Of a stretch of 47,954 nucleotides of DNA, positions 1 through 9,140 are shown one piece after another. Source of the stretch: Acutalibacteraceae bacterium (lineage in GTDB: Bacteria > Bacillota > Clostridia > Oscillospirales > Acutalibacteraceae). Numbering within the stretch: the stretch's first letter is position 1; each line of letters starts with the position of its first letter. The notes under the pieces were generated by a model, which did no database searches, was not told the origin of the DNA, and saw only the letters and a list, made by a program, of their open reading frames with translations. The translations under genes were made by a program, and so were the position numbers. Location: positions 1 to 47,954 of the forward strand of contig JAZONB010000033.1 in assembly GCA_045654305.1 (NCBI GenBank), given 5' to 3'.

Positions 1-959
1 CAATTACTTTGGCGGGCACCTCTGTATCAAGAGCAACGCTACACAATGAAGATTTTATAACTTCCAAGGGTATCGGTATAGGTGATACTATTGTTGTTCG
101 TAAAGCGGGTGACATTATCCCTGAGGTTTTGTCTGTTTCTAGGCACGCAGAAAATTCTAAAATATATGAAATGCCAAAAGTTTGTCCTTCTTGCGGCTCT
201 CCCGTTTTCAGAGAAGACGATGAGGCTGTTATTCGCTGTACTAACGCTGAGTGTCCTGCTCAGTTGCTCAGACATTTAATTCACTTTACTTCCCGTGATG
301 CTATGGATATTGAGGGATTAGGTCCTGCTGTTTTAGAACAGTTGTTGGACGCAGGTCTTATTTCTAATATAGTCGACCTTTATTCGCTAGATTTTGATAA
401 GGTAAAGGCTCTTGAAAGAACGGGTGAAAAATCAGCAGAAAATCTAAGAAACTCTATCGAAAATTCTAAAAACCAAGATGTTTCGAAATTGATTTTCGCT
501 TTTGGTATTCGTCATATTGGTGCCAAAGCGGCGGCTTTGATGGCAGAACATTTTGGCGATATGGACAGCATACTGAACGCAACTGTTACGGATTTTGAAG
601 TAATTGAGGGATTCGGTCATATTTTAGCCGAATCTGCCGCAGAGTTTTTTGCTTTAGAAGACACCAAAAATATGATTGAGAGTCTTAAACTTAAAGGCAT
701 TAATATGAAATCCTTAAAGAGTGTTAAGGATGCTCGTTTCAAAGGGTTAACATTCGTTTTAACCGGCACTCTACCTTCACTTAAAAGGAATGAGGCTGCC
801 GAAATAATTGAAAGCTTTGGAGGAAAAACCTCATCATCTGTTTCTAAAAAGACCGATTATGTATTGGCTGGTGAAGAAGCGGGAAGCAAACTTACTAAAG
901 CACAGGATTTAGGCGTTAGAATAATTAGTGAAGAAGAATTTCTTAATATGACCAAATAA
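1..959 (+). CDS. ligA: NAD-dependent DNA ligase LigA, C-terminal part (5' end lies outside the window)
   Basis: The frame is open from base 3. It shows the OB-fold end VSRATLHNEDF, the Zn finger CPSCGSPVFREDDEAVIRCTNAECPAQ, HhH repeats, and a C-terminal BRCT (FVLTGTLPSLKRNEAAEIIESFGGK). Stop is TAA at 957-959. Confidence 0.92.
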   Translation, partial: ITLAGTSVSRATLHNEDFITSKGIGIGDTIVVRKAGDIIPEVLSVSRHAENSKIYEMPKVCPSCGSPVFREDDEAVIRCTNAECPAQLLRHLIHFTSRDAMDIEGLGPAVLEQLLDAGLISNIVDLYSLDFDKVKALERTGEKSAENLRNSIENSKNQDVSKLIFAFGIRHIGAKAAALMAEHFGDMDSILNATVTDFEVIEGFGHILAESAAEFFALEDTKNMIESLKLKGINMKSLKSVKDARFKGLTFVLTGTLPSLKRNEAAEIIESFGGKTSSSVSKKTDYVLAGEEAGSKLTKAQDLGVRIISEEEFLNMTK

Positions 960-962
960 ATC

Positions 963-991
963 TTGACAATCATATTTATTAGGAATAAAAT
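963..991 (+). promoter_or_regulatory. Sigma-A type promoter for the riboswitch and transporter
   Basis: TTGACA at 963-968, a 17-nt spacer, then TAAAAT at 986-991. Confidence 0.55.
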
Positions 992-997
992 ATTATT

Positions 998-1162
998 ATC
1001 TTCGGGGCGAGGTGTAATTCCTCACCGGTGGTATAGCCCACGAGCCAAGAAAAACTTGGTTGATTTGGTGAAATTCCAAAGCCGACGGTATAGTCCGGAT
1101 GAGAGAAGATGAATACGGTATTTTTGTATTTAAAGCCCCTTTCTAAGGGGCTTTTGTTTTTT
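998..1162 (+). promoter_or_regulatory. FMN riboswitch (RFN element) with terminator expression platform
   Basis: Conserved RFN strings are present: cttcggggcgaggtg, accggtggtatagcccacgagcc, ggttgatttggtgaaattccaaagccgacggtatagtccggatgagagaag. P1 pairs 998-1003 with 1105-1110. A hairpin aaagcccct/aggggcttt plus a T-run follows at 1132-1162, directly before the RBS. Confidence 0.9.
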
Positions 1163-1173
1163 GGAGGTATATT

Positions 1174-1842
1174 ATGAAAACTAAACAAAATCTAAAAAAA
1201 ATTACTGTAACAGCTTTGTTTTGTGCTCTTGCGTTTTTAATGACCTTTATATTCAGATTTAAGGTAAGTTTCCTAACCTTTGATTTTAAAGATGCTATAA
1301 TTTCGATAGTTTCTTTGCTTTACGGCCCTGTTTACGGTATAACTGGTGCCGGTATAGTTGCGGTTTTGGAATTTTTATCTGTTAGTGACACAGGTGTTTA
1401 CGGTCTCATTATGAATTTTATCTCAAGCTCTGTATTTGCGTTGTCTTGCGGTTTGGTTTATAAGTTTAAAAGAAGCTTTTACGGTGCGATATTTGCTGTT
1501 ACAACAGCGGTTATCAGCGTAACGGCAGTTATGATGGTTGCCAATATTTTTATAACGCCGTTTTATATGGGCGTAGATAGGGCAGAGGTAATAGGTCTTA
1601 TACCTGTATTGTTGCTACCCTTTAATCTTTGTAAATCAATTATTAATGCCACCGCTGTGTTAATAATTTATAAGCCTGTTACAAATCCTTTGAAAAAACT
1701 CGGTATGATAAGCACAACACCTCCATATAAATCGTTTAGCAAAAAGTCTGTAATTTTGATTATAGTTTCTGTTGTGATTTTGTTATTTTCGATAATGTTT
1801 ATAATTTTCGAAATGGGCGGAAGCTTTAGTTTGTTTAAATGA
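1174..1842 (+). CDS. ribU: ECF-transporter S component, riboflavin transporter RibU-like
   Basis: A 222-aa multi-pass membrane protein directly behind the FMN riboswitch, with RBS GGAGG at 1163-1167. The substrate is inferred from the riboswitch context. Confidence 0.75.
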   Translation: MKTKQNLKKITVTALFCALAFLMTFIFRFKVSFLTFDFKDAIISIVSLLYGPVYGITGAGIVAVLEFLSVSDTGVYGLIMNFISSSVFALSCGLVYKFKRSFYGAIFAVTTAVISVTAVMMVANIFITPFYMGVDRAEVIGLIPVLLLPFNLCKSIINATAVLIIYKPVTNPLKKLGMISTTPPYKSFSKKSVILIIVSVVILLFSIMFIIFEMGGSFSLFK

Positions 1843-1873
1843 AAATATAGTTGAGTTTAACCGGCCAAAAAAG

Positions 1874-1902
1874 TTGACAAAAATTGTCGCTGACAGTATA
1901 AT
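1874..1902 (+). promoter_or_regulatory. Sigma-A type promoter of glnN
   Basis: TTGACA at 1874-1879, a 17-nt spacer, TATAAT at 1897-1902. TGACA/TGTC repeats overlap it. Confidence 0.55.
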
Positions 1903-1927
1903 AAAGGTTAAGTATAGGAGGTTTAAA

Positions 1928-4015
1928 ATGGACAAGATTTTTGACATATTCGGAAATAACGTTTTTAACGACTCAGTTATGAAAGAACGTTTACCTGAGG
2001 ATACATATAACATTTTAAAATCTACCATTAAAGAGGGCAAGGGAATAGATAGTAGTATAGCCGACACAGTAGCATCAGCTATGAAGGAGTGGGCAATTGA
2101 AAAGGGTGCTACTCACTATACTCATTGGTTTCAACCTCTTACAGGTATTACAGCTGAAAAACACGATAGTTTTATTTCTCCTACCGATGACGGCGGTATA
2201 CTATTGGAATTTTCGGGCAAAGAGCTTATTAAGGGTGAACCCGATGCTTCTTCCTTTCCGTCAGGCGGTTTAAGGGCGACCTTTGAAGCAAGAGGTTATA
2301 CCGCTTGGGACCCGAGTTCTTATGCTTTTATTAAGGATAAAACGCTTTGTATCCCCACTGCTTTTTGCTCATACACGGGTGAGGCGCTTGACCAAAAAAC
2401 TCCGTTGCTTCGAAGTATGGAGGCTATAAATAAACAGGCGCTTAGAATTGTTAAACTTTTTGGTCATAATGATGTTAAGCGTGTTAATGTAACCGTTGGC
2501 CCCGAACAGGAATATTTTTTGGTTGACAAAAATCTTTACGATAAACGTCCTGATTTGATTTTTTGCGGCAGAACACTAATTGGTTCAATGCCGCCTAAAG
2601 GTCAGGAGATGGATGACCATTATTTTGGTGTTTTGAAACCAAGAGTTGCAGAATTTATGCGTGAGCTTGATGTCGAGCTATGGAAATTAGGCGTACTTGC
2701 TAAGACTGAGCATAATGAGGCAGCCCCTGCTCAGCACGAATTGGCTCCGATTTTCACAACAATAAATATCGCTGCTGACCATAATCAGCTCACAATGGAA
2801 ATGATGAAGAAAACCGCCCAAAAGCACGGTCTTGTTTGTCTTTTGCATGAAAAACCATACAATGGCGTAAATGGAAGCGGTAAACACAATAACTGGTCAC
2901 TTTCAACCGATACGGGAATTAACCTATTAAAACCAGGAAAAGAACCTGATAAAAATCCTTTGTTTTTGCTTACTTTAGCGGCTGTTATCAGGGCTGTGGA
3001 CTTGCATCAGGAACTTTTAAGAATATCGGTTGCTACTGCGGGTAATGACCATCGTTTAGGCGCTAATGAAGCTCCGCCTGCAATCCTTTCGATTTTCCTA
3101 GGTGAAGACCTTGAAGATATTCTTGAATCAATAGCACGTGGCACACATCACGATAATGTCAACAACATTAAAATGAATATGGGTGCTGATATTATTCCTG
3201 CAATTAAAAAGGATAATACCGACCGTAACCGCACTTCACCTTTTGCATTTACAGGTAATAAGTTTGAATTCAGAATGTTGGGTTCGGCATCTTCAATATC
3301 GGATACCAATGTTATGCTTAATACTATGGTCGCTGATGTATTTGATGAATTTGCTAATCGCCTTGAAACTGCAACTGATTTTGATGCTGAGGTAAATGAA
3401 ATTATAAAAGATACTATGAATACCCATCGCCGTATCATCTTTAACGGAGACGGTTATTCTGATGAGTGGCAGGCAGAGGCTGAAAAGAGGGGACTGTTAA
3501 ATCTCAGAAGCACTGTTGATGCTTTACCCTTGCTTAAAAGTGAGAAAAATATCAAGTTATTTGAAAAGTATGGCGTATTTTCTGAGTCTGAAATTAATTC
3601 GAGGGTAGATATAATTTTAGAGAATTATACGAAAACTCTCCATATCGAAGCGTTAACGCTTATTGATATGATGAATAGGGAAGTAGTGCCTGCTATTTCA
3701 TCTTTCACAGATTCTTTGTGTCAGACACTTCTCAATAAAAATAAAATTGGCGGTGTAAACAGTGATGTTGAGCGTGAACTTATTTCCCGACTTGCTGCCG
3801 CCGAAAGTCAGATTTTCACACTAACTAACGAACTTAAAATGGCGGTGGCAACTTCTGAGAAAACACCTGACATTTTTGAAAAAGCTACTATTTACCATGA
3901 CACAATTTTAAAGCTTATGGAAGATATAAGGAAATATGCCGACAGCGCAGAATGTGTTGTTCCGTCACATTTGTGGCCGTATCCGAGCTATGGTGATTTA
4001 CTCTTTAAAATTTAA
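1928..4015 (+). CDS. glnN: Glutamine synthetase type III (GlnN)
   Basis: The ORF runs 1874-4015. I placed the start at ATG 1928, behind AGGAGG at 1916-1921. It is about 695 aa, which is type III length, and has GS motifs ([20 protein letters not shown]). Confidence 0.88.
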   Translation: MDKIFDIFGNNVFNDSVMKERLPEDTYNILKSTIKEGKGIDSSIADTVASAMKEWAIEKGATHYTHWFQPLTGITAEKHDSFISPTDDGGILLEFSGKELIKGEPDASSFPSGGLRATFEARGYTAWDPSSYAFIKDKTLCIPTAFCSYTGEALDQKTPLLRSMEAINKQALRIVKLFGHNDVKRVNVTVGPEQEYFLVDKNLYDKRPDLIFCGRTLIGSMPPKGQEMDDHYFGVLKPRVAEFMRELDVELWKLGVLAKTEHNEAAPAQHELAPIFTTINIAADHNQLTMEMMKKTAQKHGLVCLLHEKPYNGVNGSGKHNNWSLSTDTGINLLKPGKEPDKNPLFLLTLAAVIRAVDLHQELLRISVATAGNDHRLGANEAPPAILSIFLGEDLEDILESIARGTHHDNVNNIKMNMGADIIPAIKKDNTDRNRTSPFAFTGNKFEFRMLGSASSISDTNVMLNTMVADVFDEFANRLETATDFDAEVNEIIKDTMNTHRRIIFNGDGYSDEWQAEAEKRGLLNLRSTVDALPLLKSEKNIKLFEKYGVFSESEINSRVDIILENYTKTLHIEALTLIDMMNREVVPAISSFTDSLCQTLLNKNKIGGVNSDVERELISRLAAAESQIFTLTNELKMAVATSEKTPDIFEKATIYHDTILKLMEDIRKYADSAECVVPSHLWPYPSYGDLLFKI

Positions 4016-4023
4016 GGAATAAA

Positions 4024-4052
4024 TTGACATATACAATGTCAACTGATATACT
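4024..4052 (+). promoter_or_regulatory. Sigma-A type promoter of glnA with an overlapping palindrome
   Basis: TTGACA at 4024-4029, a 17-nt spacer, TATACT at 4047-4052. A perfect palindrome TGACAT-ATACA-ATGTCA lies at 4025-4041. Confidence 0.55.
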
Positions 4053-4082
4053 TTAAATATATTTTTACAAGAGGTGTGCTTT

Positions 4083-5507
4083 ATGTCGAAAAAAGTAAAA
4101 GATATTCTTGCTCTTATAAAAGAAAAGGATATCAAAATGGTTGATTTTAAAATGGTTGATATTAACGGTCAGTACCGTCACGTAACCATTCCGGCACAAA
4201 ACTTTTCTGAGGAAACAATGAAAAGCGGTATAGGATTTGACGCTTCCAACTACGGCTACGCTGTGGTTGAAAAAAGCGATATGGTATTTATTCCCGACCC
4301 TGATACTGCTGTTATTGACCCGTTTTGTGAGATTCCTACCTTGTCAATGACAGGTAACGCAATGATTATCGGTAATCCGAATAATAAACCGTTAGCCCAA
4401 TATCCGCGTAATATTGTCCGTGCCGCTGTTGATTATATGAAGGAAAGCGGTATCGCTGATACTATGTATATTTTGCCTGAGTTTGAATTCTATCTTTTTG
4501 ATGATGTGACTTGGGGCGTAGAAGGCAGTTATATCGGTGCTTCGGTTGACGCTAAACAGTCATATTGGAATTCATCAACAGAGGGTAAGGGTGTAGTTGT
4601 TCCAAAACAGAAGAACTACCATATTGCTAAACCTTTTGATATTTCTTATGAATGCCGCAGTGAAATGTGTATGCATATGGCTGATATGGGTATTAAGATT
4701 AATTATCATCATCCCGAAGTTGCGGCCTCAGGTCAGTTTGAGATTGAACCTCAGCTTGGCGAAGTTGTTGATATGGCAGATGCCACAATGATGATTAAAT
4801 ATATAATTCACAACACAGCCTTGAAATACGGTAAATCTGCTACATTTATGCCAAAACCGATTCACGGTGAGGCAGGCTCAGGTATGCACGTTCATATGCT
4901 TCTTATGAAGGACGGAAAGCCTGTTTTCTCTGATGACAACGGCTATTCTAACTTGAGTGAGACAGCTCACTACTTTATGGGTGGACTTTTAAAGCATATT
5001 GCATCTCTTTGTGCGATTACGAATCCTAGCACCAATTCTTTCAAGCGTTTGGTTCCCGGTTTTGAAGCACCTGTTACAGTTGGATATGCGACCTCTAACC
5101 GTAGCGCCGTTATCAGAATTCCGGCATATGCTAAGAGTCCGGACAAGCGCCGTTTCGAGCTTAGAAATCCTGACGCTACCTGTAATCCGTATTTCTGCTA
5201 CGCTGCAATTCTTATGGCAGGTCTTGACGGTATAAAGAACAAAATTGACCCACACGAAAACGGTTGGGGTCCCTATGATATGAACCTTTATAATCTTCCC
5301 GAGGAAGAAAAGGCAAAACTCAAGGGACTTCCCACTTCACTTGAAGAAGCTCTTGATGCGCTTGAAGCTGATAATGATTATCTTACCGAGGCGGGCGTAT
5401 TCCCCAAGGAGTTAATTGATAACTTTATCAAGGCTAAGCGTGCTGAGTGCAGACAGTTAGCGGCAATTCCTCATCCTGCAGAGTTTGATAAGTATTACAA
5501 TTTATAA
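4083..5507 (+). CDS. glnA: Glutamine synthetase type I (GlnA)
   Basis: 474 aa from ATG 4083, behind an AGAGGTG RBS. GS-I motifs are present: GSGMHVHMLL, SNRSAVIRIP, NPYF. The C-terminus resembles enterobacterial GSI, including NLYNLPEEE. Confidence 0.93.
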   Translation: MSKKVKDILALIKEKDIKMVDFKMVDINGQYRHVTIPAQNFSEETMKSGIGFDASNYGYAVVEKSDMVFIPDPDTAVIDPFCEIPTLSMTGNAMIIGNPNNKPLAQYPRNIVRAAVDYMKESGIADTMYILPEFEFYLFDDVTWGVEGSYIGASVDAKQSYWNSSTEGKGVVVPKQKNYHIAKPFDISYECRSEMCMHMADMGIKINYHHPEVAASGQFEIEPQLGEVVDMADATMMIKYIIHNTALKYGKSATFMPKPIHGEAGSGMHVHMLLMKDGKPVFSDDNGYSNLSETAHYFMGGLLKHIASLCAITNPSTNSFKRLVPGFEAPVTVGYATSNRSAVIRIPAYAKSPDKRRFELRNPDATCNPYFCYAAILMAGLDGIKNKIDPHENGWGPYDMNLYNLPEEEKAKLKGLPTSLEEALDALEADNDYLTEAGVFPKELIDNFIKAKRAECRQLAAIPHPAEFDKYYNL

Positions 5508-5511
5508 GATG

Positions 5512-5546
5512 AAAAAACAACCTCATTTTTGAGGTTGTTTTTTGTT
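5512..5546 (+). terminator. Rho-independent terminator after glnA
   Basis: Hairpin aaaacaacctc/gaggttgtttt followed by a T-run. Confidence 0.8.
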
Positions 5547-5561
5547 GCAATTTTCAAAATA

Positions 5562-5890
5562 GAGTCGGTCGATAAGCCGAGTTCTGTCGCGGACGGTTAT
5601 CTATCTAGGTGGCGGATTGCTCCGACACTCAAGCCGCTTTTCGTAGCACATCGGGCAAATGTATAGCTACACTTAGCGTTGCTCCAAATAGGGTTTACAG
5701 TATCACGATGTTCCCATGTGATAGGTGAGCTCTTACCTCGCCTTTCCACCCTTACCTTGAAAATCAAGGCGGTATATCTCTGTTGCACTTTCCCTAAGGT
5801 CACCCTCGGCGGCCGTTAGCCGCTATTCTGCCCTGTGGGGCTCGGACTTTCCTCAAAGTATAAAACTTCGCAACCGTCTGACCGACTCTT
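5562..5890 (-). ncRNA. rnpB: RNase P RNA (M1 RNA)
   Basis: The reverse complement contains gaggaaagtccgagc, agggcag...ggctaacggcc, gggaaagtgcaacagagatataccgcc and acagaactcggcttatcgaccgactc. A P1 helix joins the two ends (aagagtcggtc / gaccgactc). Confidence 0.9.
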
Positions 5891-5978
5891 AAAGTATAAT
5901 ACCATAAAACACACTATGTGTCAAAAGATAATTTTAAGAATAAACTGTATTATAATCTTGATTTAATAGGGTGTTATT

Positions 5979-7040
5979 ATGAAAAATACAAGTAAAAAAT
6001 ATTTTTTGGCCGCTAATTCTTGTGACGGTTTTATCTCATATTTTAGTTCTGCTTATTACCCAAAAGAGGGTTGGCAAGCTTATATTATTAAAGGAGGTCC
6101 GGGAACGGGTAAATCGACTTTTATGAAAAGGGTGGCCCAAGCCGCAGAAGAAAAAGACTTTGAGGTTGAGTACTGTTTTTGCAGTAGTGACCCTGACTCT
6201 TTAGACGCCGTCATCATACCGCAACGGAAGATAATTATAATGGATGGTACCGCACCGCATACTTCAGACCCGATATATCCTGCTGTTTCGGACAGAATAT
6301 TAAATTTTGGTGATTTTTGGAATGAGAAGTTAATTAAAAATCATACTCAAGAAATTATCAATTTGACCGATAAAAATAAATCTTTACACAAAACTGCTGC
6401 AAGATATTTATCCTCTGCAGGTTGCCTTTTAAAGGATAGTTTTAATGGTCAGTCAACGGGAATAAATATTTCTAAAACCAAAAATTTCGCGAAAAAACTT
6501 TGCGAAAAATCCATTCGTAAACAGGGGAAGGGCCAAAAAGAAAGTATACGGTTTTTAAGTGGTATATCACCTAAAGGTATAATAAATTTTTCTGATACTT
6601 TGCTCGGCTTTAACGAAAAACCTATAATTATCGATGATGAGTTTGGCGCTGTTAGTAATATGATAATGAATGAGGTTAGAAATTTCGCCTTAAATAATCA
6701 TTATGAAATATTGATTTTTAAAAATGCGCTTTTACCTGATTTAATTGATTGTATTGTAATACCTCAACTGCATTTTGTTTTAGCAAGAGAAAATAAAATG
6801 TTTAAAATAAATTCCGATGTCAGAAGAATACATGCTGAAAGATTTATTGAAAATGAAAAGATAAAAATCAAACGCCTAAAATACAACCAAAAAACAGCTA
6901 AAGCAATTTTAGAAGCCGCCGCTCAAACACTAAAAAAAGCAAAAGAAACTCACGACGCTTTGGAGAGTTTTTATATTAAAGCTATGGATTTTAATATGCT
7001 TGAAGAGTTTACTCACGAATTTACAAATAAGGTTATTTAA
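5979..7040 (+). CDS. P-loop NTPase of unknown function (PRK06851-like by recollection)
   Basis: 353 aa with Walker A GGPGTGKST and RBS AGGGTG. No other recognisable domain. Confidence 0.6.
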   Translation: MKNTSKKYFLAANSCDGFISYFSSAYYPKEGWQAYIIKGGPGTGKSTFMKRVAQAAEEKDFEVEYCFCSSDPDSLDAVIIPQRKIIIMDGTAPHTSDPIYPAVSDRILNFGDFWNEKLIKNHTQEIINLTDKNKSLHKTAARYLSSAGCLLKDSFNGQSTGINISKTKNFAKKLCEKSIRKQGKGQKESIRFLSGISPKGIINFSDTLLGFNEKPIIIDDEFGAVSNMIMNEVRNFALNNHYEILIFKNALLPDLIDCIVIPQLHFVLARENKMFKINSDVRRIHAERFIENEKIKIKRLKYNQKTAKAILEAAAQTLKKAKETHDALESFYIKAMDFNMLEEFTHEFTNKVI

Positions 7041-7042
7041 CA

Positions 7043-7071
7043 GAAGCCATTGGGGAACCAATGGCTTTTTC
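7043..7071 (+). terminator. Rho-independent terminator
   Basis: Hairpin gaagccattgg/ccaatggcttt plus a T-run. Confidence 0.75.
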
Positions 7072-7081
7072 GTTAAAAGAT

Positions 7082-7131
7082 ATTGACTTTTCCTGACCTT
7101 TAGTTTATAATTAAGGTCAGGAAAGGTAAAA
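7082..7131 (+). promoter_or_regulatory. ctsR operon promoter with two CtsR operator boxes
   Basis: TTGACT at 7083-7088, a 17-nt spacer, TATAAT at 7106-7111. Box 1 at 7082-7099 reads AGGTCAGGAAAAGTCAAT on the reverse strand. Box 2 at 7114-7131 reads AGGTCAGGAAAGGTAAAA. Both fit the CtsR heptad direct repeat GGTCAAA-NAN-GGTCAAA. Confidence 0.8.
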
Positions 7132-7144
7132 ATGGGTGATAAAA

Positions 7145-7597
7145 ATGAGAATAAGCGATTTAATAACACAAGAAATTTTGAAAATGTTAAGCGAGTCTGA
7201 GGAAAATACTGCAGAAATCCAGCGTAATGAATTAGCCAGCATATTCGGTTGTGCACCCAGTCAGATTAACTATGTTCTTTCTTCTCGTTTCACTCCCGAA
7301 CATGGTTATATTATTGAGAGTCGCCGAGGCGGTGGTGGATATATTAAAATAAGAAGGGTAATCCTCAAACAAAGCTCCGCACTTATGCATATAATCAATT
7401 CAATTGGTGACAGGATTGACGCTTTGAGTACTAGAATTGTTCTTGAAAATTGTCTTGAAACCGGTCTTATAAGTCATGAGGTTGCCCGTATTATGGCAGC
7501 TGCTGTCAGCGAAAAGGTTATGCAAGAACTACCACCCATTTTAAAAGATACTCTTCGCGCAGCAATTTTAAAACAAATGCTACTTTCACAAATTTAA
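7145..7597 (+). CDS. ctsR: Class III stress-gene repressor CtsR
   Basis: MRISDLITQEILK..., then the glycine-rich loop ESRRGGGGYIKI. It is the first gene of the ctsR-mcsA-mcsB-clpC order. Confidence 0.92.
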   Translation: MRISDLITQEILKMLSESEENTAEIQRNELASIFGCAPSQINYVLSSRFTPEHGYIIESRRGGGGYIKIRRVILKQSSALMHIINSIGDRIDALSTRIVLENCLETGLISHEVARIMAAAVSEKVMQELPPILKDTLRAAILKQMLLSQI

Positions 7598-7610
7598 GAG
7601 GTGATTATTT

Positions 7611-8105
7611 ATGATGTGTGAAAAATGTGGCAAATATAAAGCAACCACACATATTCGTACTATAATAAACGGTGTTCTTCACGAACAAAAGTTATGTAGT
7701 AATTGTGCAAATGAGGAAGGCTTAAATTTATCACCTCAAACATCCCTTTCTGGAATGTTAGCTTCTATGTTAGGTGAGTTTCCTGTTGTGGGCGCTAAGA
7801 CTGAGAAAAAGTGTCCTATTTGCGGTGCAGCCTTCGAAAATATCGCCCAAAGCGGTAAAGCAGGTTGCGCTGAATGTTATAAAACCTTTAAAGCTGAACT
7901 TTTACCATATCTTAAAAGGGTGCACGGAAGCACAAAGCATATTGGTAAGATACCAAATGACACTATTGCAACCTCGGCTCCTTGTGATGATACTGTATCA
8001 CAACTCAAAATTGAGTTAAAAAGACTTGTCTCAGAAGAAAAGTATGAACAAGCCGCAGTTGTACGTGACCAAATTAAGAAGCTGGAGGCTGACGGTAATG
8101 AGTAA
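7611..8105 (+). CDS. mcsA: Protein-arginine kinase activator McsA
   Basis: N-terminal CxxC pairs (CEKCG, CSNCA, CPICG, CAECY) and a C-terminal UVR motif (EEKYEQAAVVRDQIKKLE). Confidence 0.88.
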   Translation: MMCEKCGKYKATTHIRTIINGVLHEQKLCSNCANEEGLNLSPQTSLSGMLASMLGEFPVVGAKTEKKCPICGAAFENIAQSGKAGCAECYKTFKAELLPYLKRVHGSTKHIGKIPNDTIATSAPCDDTVSQLKIELKRLVSEEKYEQAAVVRDQIKKLEADGNE

Positions 8106-9105
8106 TTGGTATAGTGAAGCTAATACGAACTATATTGCTGTTAGTACAAGGGTAAGGCTTGCCCGTAATCTTTCGGGATTACCCTTTCCTTTTAGAATGA
8201 CATCTGAGCAAAGAGATGACCTTAAAAACAGGGTGAAGTCTACTATTAAAAATAGCAATTCTCCGTATGCCAAGAAACTTAAATTTATTGATATGGCAGA
8301 TGTGCCGGAAACTGAAGTTAAGGCGATGGTGGAGCGTCATATTATCAGTCCTGAGTTTGCAAGAATAAATAATTCAAAAGCGATAATACTTTCTGAGGAT
8401 GAAAGCATAAGTATTATGATAGGGGAAGAAGACCATATCAGAATTCAGGTAATTTTGGCGGGTCTACAACTTGAAAAAGCCTATCAGATGGCCGAAGAAC
8501 TTGACCGATTTTTAGATGAGCATCTGCGCTTTGCTTTTGATAATGATTTGGGTTTCCTCACAGAATGTCCTACAAATTTAGGTACAGGACTCAGAGCATC
8601 TGTTATGATGCATTTACCTTTATGCGAGAGCACGGGTCAATTAAATGCCATCGGCGAAACCGTAAGCAAAATAGGATTTACTGTAAGAGGTATATACGGC
8701 GAGGGGTCTCAATCACAGGCGGGTATTTATCAGATTTCCAATCAAATAACCTTAGGAATTAGTGAAAAAACAGCAATAGATAATCTTTCTTTAATAGCAA
8801 CTCAGATAATCGAAAAAGAAACCAATGCTCAGCAACAACTTGATTCGTTGGTTTTAGAGGATAAAATTTTCAGAACTCTTGGGATTTTACAGAATTGTAG
8901 AATTTTAGAAAGCCGAGAGATGATGAATTTACTATCAATGATTAACTTGGGGTGTCGTTTGGGAATACTAAATAATAAATATGCCCCGATTAAAATGTTA
9001 ATTGAGGCTCAACCTAATATGCTAATTAAGAAATTCGGTGTTTTAGCACCGGAAGATAGGGATATTAAAAGAGCAGAATTGATGAGAAAACATTTCTCGG
9101 GTTAA
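8098..9105 (+). CDS. mcsB: Protein arginine kinase McsB
   Basis: Start placed at ATG 8098 (MSNWYSE...), overlapping the mcsA stop. It has the ATP:guanido phosphotransferase motif ECPTNLGTGLRASVM. Confidence 0.9.
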   Translation: MSNWYSEANTNYIAVSTRVRLARNLSGLPFPFRMTSEQRDDLKNRVKSTIKNSNSPYAKKLKFIDMADVPETEVKAMVERHIISPEFARINNSKAIILSEDESISIMIGEEDHIRIQVILAGLQLEKAYQMAEELDRFLDEHLRFAFDNDLGFLTECPTNLGTGLRASVMMHLPLCESTGQLNAIGETVSKIGFTVRGIYGEGSQSQAGIYQISNQITLGISEKTAIDNLSLIATQIIEKETNAQQQLDSLVLEDKIFRTLGILQNCRILESREMMNLLSMINLGCRLGILNNKYAPIKMLIEAQPNMLIKKFGVLAPEDRDIKRAELMRKHFSG

Positions 9106-9140
9106 TATTAAAGATTTTTCTATGAAAGGTGTGATATGAA

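Noticed and set aside
5597-5803. 68-aa minus-strand ORF between glnA and the P-loop gene, plus the ORF at 979-1188
   Set aside because: Both lie entirely within structured RNAs (RNase P RNA and the FMN riboswitch).
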